The notes beneath the pieces are model-generated. The model was given only the letters and a program-made list of their open reading frames with translations, made no database searches and had not been told where the DNA came from. This document shows positions 45,365-56,299 of a stretch of 64,000 bases of DNA, piece after piece (positions within the stretch are counted from its first letter, which is position 1; the number at the start of each line of letters is the position of its first letter). The translations under genes and the position numbers were made by a program. This DNA is from Anthoceros angustus (Eukaryota; Plantae; Anthocerotophyta): NCBI GenBank assembly GCA_010909165.1, contig VJWM01000044.1, forward strand, positions 1,426,001 through 1,490,000, written 5' to 3'.

Positions 45365-47353
45365 ATGGGCGGGGCATCGATGCAACTGGCGGGCTATGGC
45401 GTGGTGCGGAGGCTGAACCACCCGCCGGGCGGGCGACTGCACTACCTCCCGCTCCAGCTCCATCTCTGCGTGCTCTCCCTGGCCTCCGCCACCTCCACCG
45501 TCTGCCCAGCGCCGCTACCGCCCACCAATTCCGGCTCCTGCCCGCGCATCAGCCTGGCCATGGCGTTCCACGGGGCGGGGCAGCCCACGGCGGACGAGGC
45601 CACTGCCCTGGCCACGGTCCTCGAGTACCACGAGCGCACCAAGCACTCGCTGCGGAAGTACGCCCGCGGCCCGGGCGGCCTGGACTGGAGGAACCAGCCC
45701 AATCCCTTCCGCCGTTACCAGGGCGCGGAGCTGGTGTTGCTGGAGCATCTGCCCCCGGACCCGCTGGGCATGGCGGACCCTCCGTATCCACACGCCTTCC
45801 AGCCCGGGAAGGTGGGCACCCAGGAAGTCTCCCGCAGGTCCCTCTCGCAGCTGCTCTACGACAGCCTGGCTCTCTCGGCCTGGAAGCGGGCGGGGTCCTC
45901 CACCTGGTCGCTCCGGGTGAATCCCAGCAGCGGGAACCTCCATCCCACCGAAGGCTACATCGTCTCGGGCCCCGTCCCGGGAGTCTGCGATGAGCCTTTT
46001 GTGGGTCACTACGCCCCCAAGGAGCACGCGCTGGAGATCCGCGCCCGGCTCCCGGGCGAGGTGTGGGCGATCCTGGCCCGGGGCCGGGCTCCCGGGACCT
46101 TCTTCGTCGCCTTCTCCTCCATCTTCTGGCGGGAGGCTTGGAAGTACGGGGAGCGGGCATTCCGGTACTGCAATCACGACGTCGGGCACGCTGTGGCGGC
46201 TGTGGAGGTGGCCGCCGCCGGGTTAGGGTGGACGGCCAGGCTGCTGGACGCCTGGGAGGCCCCGCAGCTGCAGCGGCTGCTGGGTCTGGGGGATGGGCAC
46301 GGGCCGGTCCCGGATTCCGGCGGCCATGCCCCCAAGGGCAGGTTCCCGGAGCTGGAGCAGGAGCATCCCGACTGCCTGCTGGCCGTGTCTCCCAGCACAG
46401 GCGGCGGGAAGCTGCAGGATGCGGGGGCCGAGAAGGCTGTGGCGGCGGCTGTGGCGGGCAAGATGGAGGAGGTTAGGTTCCAAGGCGTGCGCAACTCGCT
46501 CAGCAGGGAGCATGTGAGGTGGGGGATCATCTACCAGGCAGCGGCAGCATCGCGGAAGGTGGGCGGGATGGAGGATCCGCCCAGCCGGGGAAGGGAGGCG
46601 GCGGAAGGATCTGCTCCGGGTGCTGCTCCCGATGTGTCTGTCTACGAGCCCTTCACGCTGCGGGAGGTGGTGAGGAAGCGACGGAGCGCGGTGGACATGG
46701 ATGGGCAGTACGGGATGCAGCGAGACGTCTTCTATGAGGTGCTGCGGAAGGCGATGCCAGCGGCCTCGGGGGACCCGGATAAGGCGCGGAACGTGCCGTT
46801 CGGGGCGTTGCCGTGGGATCCGCAATTGCACATGGCCATCTTCGTGCACAGGGTGGTGCGGTTGCCTCCCGGGCTCTACTTTCTGGTGCGGAACGCGGAG
46901 CACCAGGCTGCGCTGAGGCGGGCTATGCGGCCCGAGTTCGAGTGGAAGACGCCCGAGGATTGCCCTAAGGATCTGCCTCTGTACAGCCTCATGCTGGGAG
47001 ACTGCAAGACGCTCGCGGCTCAGGTTTCTTGCCAGCAGGAGATTGCCGGGGACAGCTGCTTCAGCTTGGGTATGATTGCGCGGTTTGAGCCGGCGTTGAG
47101 GGAGCGGGGGCCGTGGATGTATCCTCGGCTGTTCTGGGAATCGGGGGTTTTGGGGCAGATTCTGTACCTTGAGGCGCACGCTGTGGGGATATCCGCCACT
47201 GGGATTGGCTGTTACTTCGATGATTCTGTGCACGAGCTGCTGGGGATAAAGGACAAGGAGTTCCAAAGCTTGTATCACTTCACTGTGGGCATTCCGGTGG
47301 TGGACACGAGGATCATGAGCCTGCCCGCATATCCTGGCCCTTCTGTTGCGTAA
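45365..47353 (+). CDS. Nitroreductase family, SagB/ThcOx-type dehydrogenase-like protein (intronless, probable transit peptide)
   Basis: VLEYHERTKH...LDWRNQPNPFRRY, LRVNPSSGNLHPTEGY, REAWKYGERAFRYCNHDVGHA, VRKRRSAVDMDG and GQILYLEAHAVGISATGIGCYFDD: a tandem nitroreductase-like architecture. Confidence 0.88.
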   Translation: MGGASMQLAGYGVVRRLNHPPGGRLHYLPLQLHLCVLSLASATSTVCPAPLPPTNSGSCPRISLAMAFHGAGQPTADEATALATVLEYHERTKHSLRKYARGPGGLDWRNQPNPFRRYQGAELVLLEHLPPDPLGMADPPYPHAFQPGKVGTQEVSRRSLSQLLYDSLALSAWKRAGSSTWSLRVNPSSGNLHPTEGYIVSGPVPGVCDEPFVGHYAPKEHALEIRARLPGEVWAILARGRAPGTFFVAFSSIFWREAWKYGERAFRYCNHDVGHAVAAVEVAAAGLGWTARLLDAWEAPQLQRLLGLGDGHGPVPDSGGHAPKGRFPELEQEHPDCLLAVSPSTGGGKLQDAGAEKAVAAAVAGKMEEVRFQGVRNSLSREHVRWGIIYQAAAASRKVGGMEDPPSRGREAAEGSAPGAAPDVSVYEPFTLREVVRKRRSAVDMDGQYGMQRDVFYEVLRKAMPAASGDPDKARNVPFGALPWDPQLHMAIFVHRVVRLPPGLYFLVRNAEHQAALRRAMRPEFEWKTPEDCPKDLPLYSLMLGDCKTLAAQVSCQQEIAGDSCFSLGMIARFEPALRERGPWMYPRLFWESGVLGQILYLEAHAVGISATGIGCYFDDSVHELLGIKDKEFQSLYHFTVGIPVVDTRIMSLPAYPGPSVA

Positions 47354-47827
47354 TTCGCATGCCTTTTCCTTCGCTTCGCACACAGTGTAATCTTGTACCA
47401 TAGAGGATGTTCCCAGGCAGGCTGAAGAGAATGCAAAACGTAAAGATGTGAAAAAACACTTGAACAGAGTGGTGCCCACGGTTCACATTCGAGCAGTGTT
47501 GTGCAAGAAGCTGCGAAGATGTGTTGAAACCCCTGAGGCCGGGTTCAGTGAATGTGTGTGCTTTCGTACTCTGGCGTGCATATCTAGGTCACATGGTTCC
47601 CAGGAGATATGAAGATTCGTGTGTGCGGCAGAACACAGATTTTCTTCACACAACTTCACCACAATCATCGTATTTACATCTGGTGTGATAGGAGAATTGT
47701 ACATCTGCCGGAGTACTGGTCTTTTAAATCAGGTGAATGGCACAATGCGTACTATACTGCCACTCCTTATTGCACAAATAGCTTCAAAAAAAGAAAACCT
47801 GTTCTATATTGTACACAGCTTAGAATT

Positions 47828-49160
47828 CTAGATTACAAGACGTCTTGCCAAGTACCACATGTGCCAAGTCTGTCCAACCAAACTCAGGAGGTTGACCAGA
47901 GAAGAATATCCATGCAGGATGTTGAAGTGCTTCACCAATTCAGCATCCGGACCTGTGCTTGCTGCCTTACCACCTGCTGCACCGTCTTGTGTTCCTTCCT
48001 CTTTCTCTAGCTTCAACCTCTCGAACATGAGCTGTTCCCATCCAGGAAGTGCATGGTTAGATTGGAAAACCAGCGACATACTAGGAGGGAAGAAGGGTGA
48101 AGTTTCACTCACCTTGGACACTTGCGGCTCCAGGTAGAAAGCGTTGATCAGATTTGCCGACAAACTGAAACAGAGAGTCATGAACTGCAGTCTTTCGGAA
48201 GCATCTGAAGATGACCAAGGATGTCGAAGCATATGCATTAGAAGGGTAGAGGCTTGAGCCACTGCTGCCACCATGAGAGACGCGGGAAACAAACGGCTTT
48301 GCACATATCCGAACTGCTGCCTCGGCAGGGCCTTCGACAGAACTTGTCCCGAAATGAAAGTCATCCACACGGATGTCCCAAAGCTCAGGGAGAAGGAAGC
48401 TAAATGGATCAACCGTCCCAGAGACGTGAAGACACCTCCGGCAGGTAACTCTGACACCTTCTCCACCGGTAAGTCCTCCGTCTCCGCCTTTGGCAGGGCC
48501 GCAGGACCCTGGGACAGGTTGGCGACAAACTCATCCGCTTGTTTTGTCTGCTCCCGCTGGTTTGTACTGTCGTCCGGGCGTCCGACATCAGGATTGGCCA
48601 AATCATCTTCCTTCTGCTGTTTCTCCTGATCCGCACTGGCCGCTTCAGGTTTGCTATCACTTTTGGATATCTTTTCGATCTCGTAGGCTCCTGCCGCTCC
48701 AGCAATCGGTCCTACTGCTTCCAGATAGTCCATTCCGCAAGCCCGGCACCCCGAAGCGTCGTGCGAAGCTCTAGAATTCTTACCCTGATGCTGCCCAACT
48801 GGCTCACCTGTCGTCTCGTTGGCTGCATCTTCGGAGTCCTCTGCATTGCCCGCAATTTGCTGACCTGCAGTGGTCACAATATCCCGAAATGAGCCAGGAG
48901 CGAAATCCTGGCCACACTTGCACTCGCACTCTCCTCCTCGTTCCTGCTTACCGTGAATCCAGGGATAGAATTCTTGATCCTTTTCATCGTGATCCTCCGG
49001 AATCAAACTCCTAGCACCACCGAGGTGCCCTCCAAGTCTCTCCGACCCATGTGAGACCGCACCCTGTAGCCTCCTCGCAGCGTCCGAACCTGGCGATTCA
49101 CAAGCCTGACTGACATTGCGCCTCGTGTCCGCGTTGTCTCCGGGTTTGAGCCTTTCCTCC
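47828..49160 (-). CDS. DUF4149/TMEM205-like membrane domain with a hydrophilic N-terminal region (intron ~48116-48033); possibly the 3' part of the LEA gene
   Basis: LIHLASFSLSFGTSVWMTFISG..L..ALPRQQFGYVQSRLFP, NAFYLEPQVSK/LMFERLKLEKEEG and HGYSSLVNLLSL...HMWYLARRL. The ORF opens after a branch-point/acceptor (CATCACAG) rather than at an ATG. Confidence 0.8.
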
Positions 49161-49425
49161 TGTGATGCATGCGTGATACAGCCCACCAGAAGTCAGGGGT
49201 TAGATCACTTCGGTCGCCAATTTCAAGATAAAGCATGTCACACGTCCAGAAATCGAGGCTGCTCTGATGAGCAAGAACCGATGTCGTGGAATGGGTGATG
49301 GTTTCTTCAAAAGCAGGATTGGGTTTATGCAACGCCCTTGTTCTTTATTCACAAAATCGGACATATCTACATCAGACATTTTCCCACACGGACGCAGCTC
49401 ATCCATACAAACGCAAAAGTAGGGT

Positions 49426-52031
49426 TCAAGAGCTGGAGTGCAACAGGTTTTCACTGACCCCCAGCTTCTCGCCAGCCTCCGCTGCGCTTTCCTTAGCTCT
49501 GTCTGCGTACTCAGACACCTTCTCAGCCCCAGATTTGGCAGTGTCCTTAGCACTATCGTAGTATGACTTTTGAGGCTGAGCATCTGCAGACAGGGCCAAC
49601 TTGTGCTTCAGAAACTCGTAAAAACTCCCTTCCTCATCCTCACGCTGACCGACTCCTACAGCCTGTCTCAAGTACTCTACTCCAGATCCATAGCCCCCTG
49701 AGACTGCGTCAGGAACTCCCTTCATGTTTTCCACAAGTGCTGCTCTCGCATCATTCAGCTGCTCGTTGAGTTTGTCTAAGGCCTCTGTCAATTTACCTTT
49801 AGGTGATCCGTCCTTTCCAAACCTCTCCCTCAATTCCTCAAGAATACTCTTTCCTTCATCCTTGGAGCTGTAGATGGATAGCTTCTCCCTCAAGATGTCC
49901 AACGGGCCTTTCCTTTCCTCTCGAGTAAATCCTTGAAGCGTATCCTTCAACCCCTCGATGATCCCCTTTCTTTCCTCTCCGCTGGACCCTGCTAACCTCT
50001 TGGTGATGTCATCAAGAGTTGGAGCCTTTCCTCCTTCCCCTTGGAAACTGTAGTAGGCAGAGCTGAAGTACGCAGACACCCTCGCTTTCCACGCCTCCAC
50101 TGCCCCTTTCTCTTCGTCTTGCGAAATGTAGCTAGACAGTCTCTCCTTCAATCCATCCAGAATCCCCCTCCTCTCTTCCTTGCTGTACCCTGCCAGCATT
50201 TCCCGCACCCCATCGAGAATCGTCCTCCTGTCGTCTTTCCTGCATGTCGTGGCCAGCTTTCTGGCATACTCCTCAATTGCGCTCCTCTTGTCGTCCTCAT
50301 CTTTAACAGTAAACCCTGGGACCTTTTCTTTAATATAATCCAGAATTTGCTTCCTTTCCTCGTTGTCGTACCCGGACAGCGTCTTCCTGAACTCATCAAG
50401 AAATCCCTTTTTCTGTTCTTCATTATCACCACTCGCCAGCCTCCTTTTCAGAGCCTCCAGAGGCCCCTCACCTGATGAGCCATAGGAAAGACCTTCCCCC
50501 ACATTAGGCATGTGCTCACCCACGTCGCGAGCTCGTTGCTTCAGACCTTCTGTAGCCTCCCCCACTTTCGTCTTCACATACCCTGGTTGCTGCGTCTCTT
50601 GAGTCTCCTGACCGAAGCTCGGCATCTTGCTGCTCACATAGTTCAAGGTATCCTGGCAATGCAACAACAACCCAGTTCTCCCAACATATAGAGAAACCCC
50701 ATGAAAGAAAGCTCAGGCAAACATAGAATTCAAGCAACCCTTACCTCAACTGTCTCCTTGACTCCTCGAGGCGCTTGCTTCACGCTCTCGTATGCACTGG
50801 AGCCTGCACCAGAAACCGTCTCGTAAGCAGAGCTTCCCGCCTCACTCACCGCTCCTCCTGCAGCATGCGCAACAAACGTTAACGATGTCAAAGACCCGCA
50901 ACCAAAAAAGTCTCACCTTGATGAGCCTCGTTTCCACTCTCACCTGCCTTTGCCGGGAACTCGCGAAGGATCTGGATGGCAATGTAAACGGCTTCATAAG
51001 TCGAGCCGGCTCCTTGAGACGCCCTGTCAAATGCGAGCCCCGCCTGCTCCTTGGCAGTCCGGTACACCGACCCAGCGGCATCGGCAGCTTTGTCCCTGGC
51101 AGTACCGTAAGCTCCACCCGCCGTCTCAGCGGCTGACCCCGCAGTTCGAGACGCTGTCTCGTAGGCAGAGCCAGCTGCCTGTCTGGCTGAGTCCGCAACG
51201 CTCCCAAGTGTCTCCTTAGCCTTGTCCGCTGCGCTGCCCACAGTCTCCTTGGCTTTCCCTGCCGTGTCCCCCAAAGTGGAGAATGTGGATTGGGCTCCCT
51301 CCTGCAACCTCTCTCCAGCCTTCTTCAAGGACTCCGAAGCCTGCTCACCATAGCCTGCTGCATCCGAGCAACACACATTTTGTTCCAGTCAATTGTGGTC
51401 GTCCAGAGCAGCGTGTCCAGGGCCATCAAAGCAGGCCAGCGAAATCGCTCCAAGAAGGACTGGACTGACATTCCTTACCTGTGCTCTCCTGAGCCCTGGC
51501 AGGCACTTTCTGCGACTTGTGGAACAATGCCTCCCTAACATGCGCGGCAGCTTCACTGGCAGCCGCGCTGGCCTCCGCGAGCTTCTCCTTCGCCTTCTGC
51601 CACTTGCTCACCTCCTCCGCCTCGTGATGCTCCGCGCTCTTGCCAAACCCTACCGTCTCCGCCGCCCGGCTGAGCAGCCCGGGCTGGGCCTCCTGCGGGT
51701 CCGGCTCGTTCTTCAACTCGGTGATGTCAAACAAACTGGCCCCCGACCTCGTCTCCGCGCCAGGATCCTCGCACTCAGGCCTCGCCCCCACGGCGCTCTG
51801 CACTCGTTCCGCCACATTGGACGCGGCGTCCCGAATGCTCTCCCCAGTCCTCTCAGCGTACTGCGACGCACTCTGGTACGTGTCCCTGGTCGCATCCTTC
51901 ACCCCTTTCAGCACAGACGACGGCAGAGAACCGTCTTCCTCCTGAGACCGCACGTACAGCGGGTCCGGGGACAGAAAAGCCACCGCTGCCACAGCGGCGA
52001 GCAGCAGCAGCAGCGCCACGAAGTTCTTCAT
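49426..52031 (-). CDS. Secreted/ER late-embryogenesis-abundant (LEA)-like protein, at least 4 exons
   Basis: Signal peptide MKNFVALLLLLAAVAAVAF; LEA-type Ala/Lys/Glu/Thr repeats (AGKAKETVGSAADKAKETLGSVADSA; YDSAKDTAKSGAEKVSEYADRAKESA); GT-AG introns at ~51478-51362, ~50917-50861 and ~50745-50660. Confidence 0.75.
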
Positions 52032-52828
52032 TCTTCCAAATCCCAGCTACAGGTCACCAACACTTCAATGTTCCACAGTCCCGAAAGATTATCCCCGTCT
52101 CGTCCACTGCAAACACAGCTCCAGCGCTCAGGTGTGCTGACTATGCTCTCAGCCTCGGCTCAATGCTCCATGGCCTGCAGAGTCCACAAGCTCTCCGCAT
52201 CCACAGTGGCAGCAATCTCGTCCAAAATGGTAACCACGACTCGGCAGACTAAGTCCAGCAAGCATCCCACAATCTGCACATTATGCATCGGCGCATCCAG
52301 CATCCATCAGCCGCAGCACAACGCAATGTGAAGCATTCCGATCGAGCAGCCGCAGCTGGATTTGCAAGATGAAGTGTCCCCGCCACCTGAGGATGACATG
52401 CAGTTCCACGTAGCAGCACCACAGCCCGACAGCTGCAGCCACCGTCGACACCTTGCAAAGGGCTCGCACGTGGCCAGCCGTTTCCCGGTTACTTGGAGCT
52501 GCTGCACAGGCTGATGCCGGTTGCGACATGTACGGCCCCAGCCAATCGCCAGCTGGTAAATCGAAACTTGTCATCCCTGGAACGCTTGGAAACGAACTCC
52601 TGGTACATGGCCGGTATCACATTCGTCTCTTGACGTTCTTGGTTCAGTTTTCTCGCTGTATGAAAATCTGGCCCATTCTAAGCCTGTTATGTTGAAGGAA
52701 TCAGAGTTTTAATGAAAATCTGGCTCCTTCTGAGCGAGTTCCGAGTCATTCATCTTCTCATGGCATCGCATCGATTCAAGTTTCAAGTTTATAACGAATT
52801 GGCACCATTTTCTTACGGACGACCACAT

Positions 52829-54738
52829 TCAAACCAGGCTGGTGGCGTTTCTTTGTGCAAAGAAGAGGCGTATGAAGTGTTTGGCAGCAGCGACCCCGGG
52901 CAGAATGCCATCGTCGAAGTCCCAGTCATAAAGGATGTTTTTGTGCGGGGTGGAGTGCGCCTGTGCGTGGCTCACAGTTGGCTTCACCCAAAGGCCGCAG
53001 AGCTCCGACCGCTTCTTGGTGATGCTGTCGTGGTAGTGGTAGTAGGCGGCCTCTCTGTCTCTGTGCAACACCCGCTTTCTCAGCTCCTTAGGCATCAACG
53101 TGTGGTGGATTCCGGTGCTGAAAACTCTTCTCGGCTGAAGGACCACGTACTTCTGCTCCGCAGAGATGTCCGGCCCCTTGCGGAACAAGAGTCTTTCTGC
53201 GGTCCACCGTGTGTCCTCCTCCACCGCTGGTGCCCTGCAAAGAAGCTCACGGTTGGCCATGGCCCCAGGTGCTGCAAACGATTCGCTGATCGGGAAATTC
53301 ATGATTGCAAGAAGCTACCGGAGAATCGGATGAGATATCTACCTCCAGCTCGCAGTCGGACTGGGAGTCGGAGTGGGAGTGGGAGTAGGAGGGGAAGGCT
53401 GCACTTCCCGGCAGAGCTTGTCGGAAAACTTCACCTGCACAAACCGGAGCACGTCCTGGTCCGAATGCGCCTTCACAACGGTCTGAAGGGTGTTGGGCGG
53501 TCTGAACAGGATGTACTCGTCGATGTCGAAGAACCAGATCCTCCGAGCCACCAGCCTGTGCTTGTACATGCAGTCATTGATGATGAGGGCTTGGTGAAAG
53601 TAGAAGCCCTCGAAGTCCTGCACATTTCGGACATCGTGGATGGTAACGATGCCCAGCTCCACCCATGGCTGCAAGGCCTGCAGAGATTTGTCGTCACCCA
53701 ATTCCCACATGCAATTAGTCACTGCGTTTAACCCAACGCAGTTAACTGCCAGCAGTAGGAATCTCTGACAAGCCGTTCTCAATATACCTTCCGCATCTCC
53801 TCATTCCCGCTAACAGCCCCTCCATCGTTGATCACGAAGTGTGACTTGTTCCCGAACACATAGAAATGGTACGAAAGCCATTCGCTGATGGCCAGGACAC
53901 TGACATTACCATAAATCGGAGACCCGCAATACAGGTCCTCATACAAAAAGCTTGCCGGATCGAATGCCGCTGAGAAGTTGCCCAGCTTCCGCTGCGCATC
54001 AGGCCTCTCTGTGGCAGCAACAACCTGCAACGACGGCACCACCGGCACCTGCTGGGTGTCTGGCTCATGATCAGAAATTCCTGAGGCCAATCTCGAGAAC
54101 ACTCGGCGCCGCAGCTCCCTGGGCATCCAGTCATCCTGCTTGGCCGGGCCTGCCCACCCGACCAGCTGCTTCCCAAGCCTGGGCCCGGAAAGCCGCACCA
54201 AAAGCGCCCCTCCTGCTCCTTTCTCCCCAACCGGTCCCGGGAAGGTGCACCCGATCACCAAGGCGATGTACGGCCCCGGCCTGAAATCCGAGCCTGGCGT
54301 GTCCACCCGCTCCGCCTCCGAGCTGGAAGAAAAAGCCTCCCCCGCCGCGTCGACCCAGAAACACTCCCACCTCGTGTCGCCCAAGGCGTGCTTGTTGTAC
54401 ACCCGATTCGGGCCGAGTCCCAGCACCACCCAGCTGCCCGGCCCCGTGCGGTAGGCCGCTGTCACCACCAGAGTGTACGCGGAAGATCCCACTGCGCGGA
54501 ACGGAAACGGGAGGGGAAGCGGGAGCGGGTCCGATTCCTGCGACGGCGATGAGGTGGAGGTCGCAGGCAGGCTCGTCAACGGCAGCGGCCTCGCCAGCGC
54601 CAGGTCGTAGCCGATGGAGCTTAGAATCAACTCCGGCTTGAACACGTTGAGCAGCAGAATGAGCGTCGTGCTCACAGCGGAGATGGCAGCCAAGACAGCC
54701 ACAGCCGCCGTCGGCGCGTTGCGGTCCATGCTCCTCAT
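52829..54738 (-). CDS. GALS: Glycosyltransferase family 92 (DUF23), galactan beta-1,4-galactosyltransferase-like, 3 exons
   Basis: Type II TM anchor; YEDLYCGSPIYGN...EWLSYH..VFGNKSHFVINDGG; LQPWVELGIVTIHDVR; HQALIINDCMYKHR...FFDIDEYI; KYVVLQPRRVFSTGIH; YYHYHDSI. Confidence 0.9.
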
Positions 54739-55122
54739 CCCGCTGTCTCCCACATGTTTCCGCGAATGAGAGAATTTTTCTGCTTCCTCGCTTGGGGCAA
54801 GCCTTGGGGTTGGCCATGGCTCTTCCTGGCGAGCGAGAGCCTAATCATCGCGGTTGAGGCAAGCTGCGCATAGTTTTTGGCCTTGCAAAATATTCTGCCA
54901 TGTCATACCCTAATTATTCCATAACTTTATTCTCCCGCTAACCTATGGCTGCTGATGGCATCTCCGGCTCGTCTGCGGACCTCGAGGCAGTCGAGAATTC
55001 GCACCTGTTTGACTTCCCAAATGCGGAAACGCACTACACTTCTGCAAAAGCTCATTCGCCTCTAGCCAGCGATTTGAAGTATTAAACAGGTTTTGGCGGT
55101 ATATAACTTTATCAACATCTAT

Positions 55123-55718
55123 AGTAACAAAGTTGGCTCGAGTGCTTTGCAAGAAAGCTCCATGGAGAGGCATGTTTAGAAGAGCAGCTTACTAAGAGCA
55201 TGTTAAGCATGCAGCCCTAGGAAGTATATGGTAGTAAATAATAGCTTAAAGCTTAAGTAAGTAGTTACTAAGATTGTAGCTAGGGCTTGAGTATAAAAGG
55301 AGACCTAGCCCTGGGCTAAAGATAGTATAGTTCAGCCTTGAGAGCACTTGTTGCGTGGGTTGTGCCTTTAGAGCACTTGTTGTTTGGGCTGTGCCTTGAG
55401 AGCACTTGTTGCTTGGGCTGTAAGCACCTAAGGGGAGTGCTGTGAAGGAGCTTTGTGGAGGAGGTCAAGTGAAGGGAGAACTAAGCTCCTAGCTTAGGCA
55501 AAGATGGGGAGTTCTCTCTAGCCCTCCAGCTCTGTATGTTCTTGTTGACTCGTGGATTTAGAATAAAGAGCAGCGGCAAGGGTGCTGTCTGCGAGTCCTT
55601 CTTGAAGAGGAGGGCGGGCTACTTGGAGGCCTAGTGCTGTATCTGGTGCTGATTTATTACTCTGGTCTTTGCTTCTAATTGCGTGGTTTCCCCACCCCGT
55701 TGAAGAGGGGGTGTTACT
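55123..55718 (+). mobile_element. Solo-LTR-like element with AGTAAC...GTTACT termini and a 5-bp TSD TCTAT
   Basis: TCTAT at 55118-55122 and 55719-55723; TATAAAAG; AATAAAGAGCAGC...TGCGAGTC...GGCGGGCTACTTGGAG shared with 30883-31566; internal 3 x ~29-bp repeat at ~55335-55420. Confidence 0.8.
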
Positions 55719-55799
55719 TCTATGGTATTTTTGTATCAGAGTGGCGCAGTGGAAGCGGGTTATATGGGGCAGGTTGTGTGTCACACGTTTTTTTTGTCC

Positions 55800-55900
55800 A
55801 GTACTCTCCATTTAGATGCCGAGGCATCTTTAAGATTCCTTCATCATGACGTAAATCCGTCCTTAGTGGACTAAAATAAAATTCTTCTTCTTCTTCTTCT
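55800..55900 (+). mobile_element. LINE/SINE-type 3' terminus with a (TTC)n tail
   Basis: CATGACGTAAATCCGTCCTTAGTGGACTAAAATAAAA(TTC)6, the same terminus as at 25512-25575 and 62400-62453. Confidence 0.7.
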
Positions 55901-56299
55901 ATACGGGCCACATCATCGTACGACGGGCCGTATGCGGCAGAAATCTCTTGCGCTCTAGTGTATGGAATACCGATCTGGTCACGCGGCATCCACATTTTTT
56001 TAGGATTGTGGACAGAAAGAAATAGTCCCGCCGCATATGTGGCGGAACTTTTCGCTGACGGCCAGCCGGGTGCGCACGATCCCGTGTCGTTGTAGTAAGG
56101 GGTCCGCTGCCAAGAGAATGATGGGCTCCGTTTGTCGCGTTTCAATCGTTTCGGACCGTTTCGGGCTCAAACACCTATGTTTATCGTTTCTGCTACTATC
56201 TACTCGTGATGTCCACCAAACAGGCTCGGTGAGGCCAAACGTTTAAGGACTCGTTCACGTCCGTATCATTCCAGTCCGTTCCTCGTACTTCTAGTTCGT

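Noticed and set aside
45352-47479. Long overlapping ORFs (45352-45993 +, 45515-46189 -, 46223-47479 -)
   Set aside because: Shadow frames of a very GC-rich real gene; Pro/Arg/Gly-biased with no motifs.
52712-53731. 339-aa plus-strand ORF
   Set aside because: Antisense to GALS exons, no recognisable domain.
54901-54910. TGTCATACCC as a canonical LTR start pairing with GGGTGTTAC at 55710
   Set aside because: No matching TSD at that boundary, whereas 55123 gives a perfect TCTAT TSD and a 6-bp terminal inverted repeat.
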